Positions 25,986-31,430 of a DNA stretch of 31,430 nucleotides are shown here, in pieces (position 1 is the first letter of the stretch; each line of letters starts with the position of its first letter). The position numbers and the translations under genes were made by a program. The stretch covers positions 1-31,430 of the IMG/VR virus record IMGVR_UViG_3300033077_000439. One strand, written 5' to 3'. This DNA is from a virus. Its lineage: Duplodnaviria > Caudoviricetes. Under the pieces are notes generated by a model. The model saw nothing but the letters and a program-made list of their open reading frames with translations, had not been told where the DNA came from and made no database searches.

Positions 25986-26179
25986 AAAAAGTTAAATGAT
26001 ATAAATAATATTACTACCTGTATTGTATGGTCTGTTTCAATATCATATACATCATTATTGTATAAAGCACCAAACATAATTCCTTTTATTGGTGTAATAA
26101 TAACATCACATTCAAAGAAACTTGTTCCTAAAAATACTAATGCTAAAATAATTACTAATGCTACTGTAAATAATTCCAT
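25955..26179 (-). CDS. Membrane hypothetical protein
   Basis: N-terminal hydrophobic helix. Confidence 0.6.
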   Translation of the reverse strand: MELFTVALVIILALVFLGTSFFECDVIITPIKGIMFGALYNNDVYDIETDHTIQVVILFISFNFLWTTSNGLNR

Positions 26180-26181
26180 AA

Positions 26182-26478
26182 CTATTGATTTTTATATTGT
26201 ATAACTGCTGATTTAATTTCTGTTGTAACTTCTCTAATATTTAAATTCACGTTAATATGTGTTAATTCTTTATCTTCTTGGAGCAAAGTATTAATACAAT
26301 TTTCTAATTCTAACCAATCATATTTAGAATCCATTTCTACTAACTGCTGTAAATATATTAACTTTTCTGTTAAGTCTTTAAAATAACTTATTAACATTTT
26401 ATTATCTGAATTTAATACTAACATTCTTGCTGCAGAAGTATGTAATTCTTCTAAGTGTGTTTTAATCGTTGTTTGCAT
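26182..26478 (-). CDS. Hypothetical protein
   Basis: ORF track. Confidence 0.6.
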   Translation of the reverse strand: MQTTIKTHLEELHTSAARMLVLNSDNKMLISYFKDLTEKLIYLQQLVEMDSKYDWLELENCINTLLQEDKELTHINVNLNIREVTTEIKSAVIQYKNQ

Positions 26479-26479
26479 C

Positions 26480-27322
26480 TTAAAATATATCTTTTAATGG
26501 GTCGTAAAATGCTCCTTCAACTTGTGGTAACCCAAAACTATTAACTTTGAAACTAAAGTTTTCAAATGGTGCGTTACGTGAACGTTTACAAGATACTGTA
26601 ACTAAAGCTTTATTTACTGTGTTTAATTCTAATTGTATTTGTGTTTCTGCTTTCTTTTCTAAAAAACTTCCTAAGTGTCCTGTAGGTTTATCAGTTCCAA
26701 AATTACTATGAATAACTGTTACTATATGACAATTTAATTCTTTACTCCATTTCATTAACTTTTGAACTACAGCGTTTGATTCTTCAATGTTATTTACATC
26801 ACTACATAAATCTGCAATACCATCAATAATTACTAAACCTATTTCTTTTGCTTCTAATTTATCATAAAGGTAATATTCTATAAATTCTACACGTTCTTTA
26901 AATGATAATTGCCTTAATGCTAATGTATGATATTTATCAGTTTTTAAAGCTGTCATATCTAAAGGTCGTTTAAATACCATTTGTGCGTGAAAATTACCTT
27001 GTTCAGTATCAAAATGTATTATATGCTTATTTTCTCTATTGGCTTTTAAATCACCACAAAATGACTCTAAATTATCAGATAAATAAACCGCAGATAATAA
27101 ACTAACAAAAAATGTTTTCTTTGATTTTGGTGGTGCTTGAACAAAGCTAAAGTTACCATAAGTTCCTAAAGGCACAGGATATTCTTTTAAACCATCTTTT
27201 GTTTCGTAAGTTTTAGTTCCGAAAGATATTGCAGGTTTAGGATATTCTATTTTTTCTAATGGATTTATAAAGCAATCTTCTTCAAACATTTGCATTAATA
27301 ACCTTTGTGCTTCTATATCCAT
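26480..27322 (-). CDS. RecA-fold AAA ATPase / RepA-like helicase
   Basis: Variant Walker A APPKSKKT, FDTEQ, Walker B VIIDGIADL, VIH.N, GHLGS. Confidence 0.78.
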   Translation of the reverse strand: MDIEAQRLLMQMFEEDCFINPLEKIEYPKPAISFGTKTYETKDGLKEYPVPLGTYGNFSFVQAPPKSKKTFFVSLLSAVYLSDNLESFCGDLKANRENKHIIHFDTEQGNFHAQMVFKRPLDMTALKTDKYHTLALRQLSFKERVEFIEYYLYDKLEAKEIGLVIIDGIADLCSDVNNIEESNAVVQKLMKWSKELNCHIVTVIHSNFGTDKPTGHLGSFLEKKAETQIQLELNTVNKALVTVSCKRSRNAPFENFSFKVNSFGLPQVEGAFYDPLKDIF

Positions 27323-27351
27323 ATTATTGTTTTCTTTGTTTTAATTTTTTT

Positions 27352-27432
27352 AAAAAAATATAGCTTGACGAACTCACATTTAACTTGTTCCTGATACTAC
27401 CGAGAATAGCCCGGCAGCGACAAGCACTATAT
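27352..27432 (-). other. GC-rich multi-stem intergenic element ending in a T run
   Basis: Outer stem GCTTG(T)CG/CG(T)CAAGC, inner hairpin CTGCCGGG-ctatt-CTCGGTAG, then T7. Confidence 0.55.
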
Positions 27433-27439
27433 ATTTAAT

Positions 27440-27736
27440 TTAAAATGGTAAATCTGATTCTACTTCTTGTTTAGTAGCTTCTACTTTTTTGTCTGCAAGT
27501 TTAATATTACCATCAGTCCAAACTACATTACCATTACCTAAATACATTTTAGGTTTTTTAGCTTCACGTTCTTCTTTAGTTTGTGAATCTGTAGCAGAAA
27601 CATTTTGTCCCCATTGGTTAGATTCATCATTTACTCCAATAGTGAAATTGTAATAAACAGCTCCATCTTTACCTTGTACAAATTTTTCTTTTGGTAATTT
27701 GTCAACTCGTAAACTTAAATTAATTAATGCACTCAT
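27440..27736 (-). CDS. ssb: Single-stranded DNA-binding protein
   Basis: Small beta protein with acidic C-terminal tip SDLPF; lies next to ERF. Confidence 0.7.
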   Translation of the reverse strand: MSALINLSLRVDKLPKEKFVQGKDGAVYYNFTIGVNDESNQWGQNVSATDSQTKEEREAKKPKMYLGNGNVVWTDGNIKLADKKVEATKQEVESDLPF

Positions 27737-27753
27737 ATTATTTGTTTTTATTT

Positions 27754-27799
27754 GCCTACCTTTTTTTACTGTTGTCAGCTATTCAGTTTTACAAATATA
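27754..27799 (-). promoter_or_regulatory. ssb promoter (TATATTTG, 27792-27799) and structured 5' leader
   Basis: -7 consensus, then ACTG/CAGT and GCTGAC/GTAGGC crossing pairings. Confidence 0.5.
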
Positions 27800-27803
27800 T
27801 TAA

Positions 27804-28373
27804 TTATTTTTTTAATAATTCATCTTTTACTTCTTTAGTCATTTTATATTTTGTTTCAATTAATTGAATACTACCGCCATCTTCAATATAACTTTTAGCT
27901 TTATTAAATTCAGGCGTGTTTTTATTTAACCATTTTAAATCATCTGTTTTAGTAGGTGTTTTATCGTGTTTATTAGTTGCATCAGGGTCTTGTGTATCGT
28001 CAATCAATAGTAAATTACCTAAAGCGTATTTCTTTCCATAAGAGGATGCAGATCCAAATTGTTGTGGAACTTGCATACCTTTTTGTTGTAAGTCTACTCC
28101 TACAATAGCTGTTGCTGAAATAGAATCTAAATCATCATTTATTGAAGCTGTAGAACATAGAATTGGAAATTGATTAAATTGTGAGTGAACCATTGATTCT
28201 GTAATTGTAAAAGTAACTTTGTACTTTTCGTTAAATGGTTTAAGTGCTTCTAATATATCTTCAGCACTTCTAAAATTGTATTTTCCAAAACTGTTAAACT
28301 TTGATTTGTTTGCTTTAAATTCTTTTTGAATTAAAGATAATTTTTGATTTAATGTTAATTCTTTTGTTTCCAT
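27804..28373 (-). CDS. erf: ERF family single-strand annealing protein
   Basis: K.KFNSFGKYNFRSAEDIL...GSASSYGKKYAL..L..IDD. Confidence 0.88.
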   Translation of the reverse strand: METKELTLNQKLSLIQKEFKANKSKFNSFGKYNFRSAEDILEALKPFNEKYKVTFTITESMVHSQFNQFPILCSTASINDDLDSISATAIVGVDLQQKGMQVPQQFGSASSYGKKYALGNLLLIDDTQDPDATNKHDKTPTKTDDLKWLNKNTPEFNKAKSYIEDGGSIQLIETKYKMTKEVKDELLKK

Positions 28374-28374
28374 T

Positions 28375-28596
28375 TTAATTTATTTTATAGTATTTAATTA
28401 TTTTATCTTCTTCTATTTGTATTTTATATTTTTCAATTATTGCTAATGCTTCTTCAAAAGTTTCAAATTTAGAATAATTTGTTTCTATGCACCAATTATA
28501 TAAATCTTTATCAAGACTATTCCAATCCCAACCAAAGCCAAATTTAACTTGTGGTATAAATAAACCATTAGCTTTTTCTATTATTCTATATTTCAT
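28375..28596 (-). CDS. Hypothetical protein
   Basis: KYRIIE...F.PQVK...W pattern. Confidence 0.65.
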   Translation of the reverse strand: MKYRIIEKANGLFIPQVKFGFGWDWNSLDKDLYNWCIETNYSKFETFEEALAIIEKYKIQIEEDKIIKYYKIN

Positions 28597-28768
28597 TTTT
28601 ACTATTATAAAGTTCTTGTTTAATAATTGTTTTGTATGCTTCAGGACATTCTACATCTGCTAATTCAAAAACATAAGTTTCTAATGTTGAAATATGATGT
28701 TCTAATTTACATATTTGTGCTTGTAAAGCTTCCATTCTAAATCTGTTGTAGTCTAATAAATCTTTCAT
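28586..28768 (-). CDS. Hypothetical coiled-coil protein
   Basis: ORF track. Confidence 0.65.
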   Translation of the reverse strand: MKDLLDYNRFRMEALQAQICKLEHHISTLETYVFELADVECPEAYKTIIKQELYNSKNEI

Positions 28769-28769
28769 A

Positions 28770-28859
28770 TTAAATAAAGTTAGTGATTAATACTTGCATT
28801 ACAAATAATGCTGTCCATAATAAAAATGCTAGTCCGAAATTTTTTAATGTTTGTTTCAT
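28770..28859 (-). CDS. Small membrane peptide (29 aa), first gene of the early operon
   Basis: MKQTLKNFGLAFLLWTALFVMQVLITNFI, with an AAACAAACA leader. Confidence 0.6.
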   Translation of the reverse strand: MKQTLKNFGLAFLLWTALFVMQVLITNFI

Positions 28860-28883
28860 AATGTTTTTGTTTGTTTGATAGAG

Positions 28884-28945
28884 CAAATATATAAATACAT
28901 TTTAAATAAAAAAGTAAAATATAAAACTTTAACACTTTTTTAACA
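28884..28945 (-). promoter_or_regulatory. Host-type promoter TATATTTG with TGTTAA-N5-TGTTAA
   Basis: -7 element at 28884-28891; repeats at 28929 and 28940. Confidence 0.7.
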
Positions 28946-28949
28946 TATT

Positions 28950-28982
28950 AAAAAACCCTGCATATTAACTACAGGGCTTTTT
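28950..28982 (-). terminator. Intrinsic terminator (possibly bidirectional)
   Basis: GCCCTG...CAGGGT stem flanked by A and T runs. Confidence 0.75.
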
Positions 28983-29007
28983 GAAACAAAGAAAAACAAG
29001 AAACAAT

Positions 29008-29382
29008 TTACAAAGTGTTGACTTTTTCAGTATAATAATCTATTAGTTCAATTAAATCTATATCTGCAAATTTAACAACTTGCTTTGATTTAATATATAG
29101 TTGTTCAGATAAGTTATTACCAAGATATTGACTAAATTTGTATTGCATACCTTGATTTGTAATATTACAAGCGTAACATTGAACTCCAACGTTATCTATA
29201 TCCCATCTTGTTGAATAATGCCTTCTTGACATAAAATGACCACATTGAAGTTTTTTATAATGGTCTTTTTTGCCACAAGTAATACATTCTGAAATTTCAT
29301 TAATAGCATCTTTACGTCTTATATATTGACTAAAGATAGTATCTAATTTTGTAACTAATGATTTACGTGTAGGTTTTTTCAT
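29008..29382 (-). CDS. ninG: NinG/Rap family recombination nuclease
   Basis: FSQYIR.KD, CITCG, QCGHF.SR, TRWD..N...QC..CN. Confidence 0.88.
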   Translation of the reverse strand: MKKPTRKSLVTKLDTIFSQYIRRKDAINEISECITCGKKDHYKKLQCGHFMSRRHYSTRWDIDNVGVQCYACNITNQGMQYKFSQYLGNNLSEQLYIKSKQVVKFADIDLIELIDYYTEKVNTL

Positions 29383-29464
29383 TTGTCAAATGTAATAATA
29401 CGATATTAACATAGTTGTTAATAAGATTATTTTTAATATAATCTTTAATGTTTAATTTTGTACC

Positions 29465-29648
29465 AATCCAATGCGTTGAAGACTTGCAGAACCTAATAAA
29501 TATGGAAGCTGTTTGGATCAGCTAAAATAAGTCAGTTAAGAAATTGCATTTGATATTCCTTTACAAATTTCGAGTTCACCAATCAAATATTCAAACTTAC
29601 CTGCAATGATTAAAAAAAATAAATTTGTATATAATAAAGGTTGGTGAA
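29465..29648 (+). ncRNA. Candidate structured ncRNA
   Basis: Plus-strand TAATTTTG at 29453-29460; several nested and crossing complementary segments; no convincing ORF. Confidence 0.45.
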
Positions 29649-29649
29649 A

Positions 29650-29784
29650 TTATCTTCCTTGACCTCTATATAATTTTTTATAGTTCTTTGAAGATTTTAA
29701 TTTAGAACTTTTATTTTTAGAGTGAATATTTGGTCTTGAAATATTACTTTCAATTTTTACAAGAACAACTGTCTGCTTCGCCAT
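29650..29784 (-). CDS. Small basic protein ending YRGQGR (44 aa)
   Basis: MAKQTVVLVKIESNISRPNIHSKNKSSKLKSSKNYKKLYRGQGR. Confidence 0.65.
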   Translation of the reverse strand: MAKQTVVLVKIESNISRPNIHSKNKSSKLKSSKNYKKLYRGQGR

Positions 29785-30236
29785 ATTAAATATATAATTA
29801 TAATTCCTAAAATAAACCACAAATAAATAAAATAATTAGCTTTTTTATCTATTTTCTTTTCTTTTATATTTTCTTTACTTGATGTTTTTACTTTAATATC
29901 AGTTTTAACGTGTTTTAACGTGTTTTCTGACACTTTTATATTATTGTTATATAAACTATTAGATTTAGTTTTTTTATAGCTTAAAACAACGTTTTTATAA
30001 TGTTTGCCATCTACAATAAATTCCTTACAACTGTCTAATGGTTTAATTATAATTTCATCAATATCTATAATAGTTTTTATATTAGTTACTGAAGTTGAAT
30101 CTTTAACTTTATTTTCTGTTAAATCTATTTTTGTTTCTACTAAACTATCTTTTTTAACTTCTATTGTTTTAACATCTACTTTACGTGATGCACAACTAAA
30201 TAAAAATAAACTAACTAAAATATATATTGGCTTCAT
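29757..30236 (-). CDS. Unimolecular spanin (u-spanin)
   Basis: N-terminal lipoprotein signal FLFS-C plus a C-terminal TM helix; follows the endolysin. Confidence 0.75.
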   Translation of the reverse strand: MKPIYILVSLFLFSCASRKVDVKTIEVKKDSLVETKIDLTENKVKDSTSVTNIKTIIDIDEIIIKPLDSCKEFIVDGKHYKNVVLSYKKTKSNSLYNNNIKVSENTLKHVKTDIKVKTSSKENIKEKKIDKKANYFIYLWFILGIIIIYLIWRSRQLFL

Positions 30237-30657
30237 ATAATCTTCTTTTGGTTAAACCTGCAACTTCTTTTTTATTTACTTTATTCCACTTTTTAAATTC
30301 TAAAGCTATTGTAATATCATTGTGGTTTTTGTTTACTTTTTTTAATATTGTAGAACTTGCAAAATTACCTGTTCCAATATTATATGCTAAAGAAACTAAA
30401 GCGTTAAATTGATTTTGATTTAAAGGACTTGTAACTAATTTAGAAACTGCACTTGCAAATTTATCAGCTATTGTTTTAAACATTTCAAACGCTTGTACTC
30501 TTGTTATTTCTTTATCTAACATTGTTACACGTTTTGAATCACTATAATAAGTATTTCCAAATCCTATTGTTGGTATTTTAGCAGGACATAAATAAGGTTT
30601 AGAACTAAAACCTTCAAATTCTGTTATAAGTAAATAACCTGCATTATTCAGTTTCAT
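30211..30657 (-). CDS. Endolysin, GH24 lysozyme
   Basis: FEG..SKPYLCPA.IPTIGFG, LNQNQF.ALVSL.YNIG, GL.KRR..EA. Confidence 0.92.
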   Translation of the reverse strand: MKLNNAGYLLITEFEGFSSKPYLCPAKIPTIGFGNTYYSDSKRVTMLDKEITRVQAFEMFKTIADKFASAVSKLVTSPLNQNQFNALVSLAYNIGTGNFASSTILKKVNKNHNDITIALEFKKWNKVNKKEVAGLTKRRLYEANIYFS

Positions 30658-30817
30658 TTTTCTTATTTTTTTCCATTAAATACCATCTTCTTGCTGTATA
30701 TCCTGTTGCTATAATAAATGCTATTACTTTCATAGCACCATCAACGTTTGCAAATGTAAACATAAAGTAAGTACCTGTTAATAGTGATTGCCTTAAATCT
30801 AAAATCTTGTTAATCAT
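30644..30817 (-). CDS. Holin-like small membrane protein (57 aa)
   Basis: MINKILDLRQSLLTGTYFMFTFANVDGAMKVIAFIIATGYTARRWYLMEKNKKNETE; overlaps the lysin start. Confidence 0.6.
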   Translation of the reverse strand: MINKILDLRQSLLTGTYFMFTFANVDGAMKVIAFIIATGYTARRWYLMEKNKKNETE

Positions 30818-30996
30818 TTTTTTAATCTTTCTACAATATTTGTAACACCTTCAATACCTATATAAGCTGTTGCAATTATCATCCAATCAGAAGATGTTAA
30901 TGTACCACTAAATAAACCTGCACAAGCTATTAAAAATACTAATAACTTACGTGATATCCATTTGCTTAATATAATATCAAATTGTTCTTTACTCAT
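30814..30996 (-). CDS. Holin-like 2-TM protein
   Basis: KWISRKLLVF...W.IIA.AYIG.EG; in the lysis cassette. Confidence 0.65.
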   Translation of the reverse strand: MSKEQFDIILSKWISRKLLVFLIACAGLFSGTLTSSDWMIIATAYIGIEGVTNIVERLKK

Positions 30997-31297
30997 TTTC
31001 TACTTTATATTCCATTTGTTCAAAAGCTAATTTAGAATATAATTCTGCACTTGCTAAATTTTGTTCTTCACCTTGTTGTAATTCAACTGAAAATGCACCT
31101 TGTTGAACATCTGTAAAAATAGCACCTTGTTTATCTTTAAATGCTTGTTTACTTGCATAAGTTATAACACCTATTTCTAATGTTTTACCATCACCCCTTG
31201 CTCCATATTCTAAACGAACATAAACACTTGGTAACTCAATTTCTGTACCTTTAATTAAAATCTTTTTTTCTGCCGTAGCATTTACTAATAGTCCCAT
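30989..31297 (-). CDS. Hypothetical protein, possible fibre-associated chaperone
   Basis: Directly after the tail-fibre stop. Confidence 0.55.
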   Translation of the reverse strand: MGLLVNATAEKKILIKGTEIELPSVYVRLEYGARGDGKTLEIGVITYASKQAFKDKQGAIFTDVQQGAFSVELQQGEEQNLASAELYSKLAFEQMEYKVENE

Positions 31298-31312
31298 TTA
31301 TTTTTTATTTAT

Positions 31313-31430
31313 TTATATTGATGTTATTGTTTCCCAAGCTGAAGCTCCACGTACACATAATTTATTTAAAGTTGTATCATAAACAACTAAACCTGATGCA
31401 GGTGATGCTATTGCATTTTTTTGCGTTGTA
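31313..31430 (-). CDS. Tail fibre, 3' end (joins 1-1832)
   Basis: ...TTQKNAIASPASGLVVYDTTLNKLCVRGASAWETITSI*; in frame across the junction. Confidence 0.8.
   Translation of the reverse strand, partial: TTQKNAIASPASGLVVYDTTLNKLCVRGASAWETITSI

Noticed and set aside
27364-27425. Type III hammerhead-like layout on the plus strand (GAC, stem, CTGATA, stem, CGA)
   Set aside because: Core deviates from CUGANGA/GAAA/UH, and stem II has A-C mismatches on this strand
29448-29525. 25-aa plus-strand ORF MFNFVPIQCVEDLQNLINMEAVWIS
   Set aside because: The ATG lies upstream of the putative -7 element; RNA structure explains the region better
29470-29550. Resemblance to a group I intron P7/P8 core (GACTT...hairpin...AAAATAAGTC) and to the in vitro-selected I-R3 DNA-cleaving motif (GTTGAAG opposite YAGTTGAGCT)
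   Set aside because: No P3-P6 domain or interrupted gene, and the G-site pairing is imperfect; the opposing strand CAGTTAAGAAATT differs in length and sequence from I-R3. Kept only as part of the ncRNA candidate.
29568-29582. TTCGAGT...ACCA, similar to a tRNA T-loop and 3' end
   Set aside because: No T-stem or cloverleaf can be formed
1955-30412. Plus-strand ORFs in the track (1955, 9105, 9419, 14558, 15460, 17288, 23935, 25881, 30004, 30227) and the nested minus ORF 2824-3033
   Set aside because: Shadows of well-supported minus-strand genes, with no motifs or expression signals
1-31430. CRISPR array, DGR/retron, integrase, IS element, alternative genetic code
   Set aside because: No repeat-spacer array, reverse transcriptase, recombinase or transposase motifs seen; genes tile densely under the standard code

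Overview
The window is very probably a complete, circularly permuted 31,430-bp genome of an AT-rich, siphovirus-like phage of Bacteroidota, likely Flavobacteriaceae (TAnnTTTG promoters, A-rich leaders without Shine-Dalgarno). The tail-fibre gene reads in frame across the window ends. All protein genes are on the minus strand. Early and replication genes include NinG, ERF, SSB, an AAA ATPase/helicase, an ECF-like sigma factor, a 5'-3' exonuclease and a DnaA-domain-IV protein. They are followed by terminase, tail, head and lysis (holins, GH24 lysozyme, u-spanin) modules. I see no DNA polymerase, primase, dNMP kinase, integrase or repressor. The most striking feature is a compact T-even-like cytosine hypermodification cassette at 19.4-22.6 kb: a T4 gp42-like dCMP hydroxymethylase, a T4 BGT-like glycosyltransferase, a DUF6378-like protein and a GIY-YIG-MazG fusion, in a small phage that appears to use the host polymerase. 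Other notable signals are a putative capsid-cargo protein carrying a copy of the scaffold C-terminal motif, a pseudoknotted candidate ncRNA that may be the only plus-strand transcript, two structured elements flanking ssb, two promoter classes and a -1 frameshift tail chaperone. All family assignments come from recalled motifs, not database searches.
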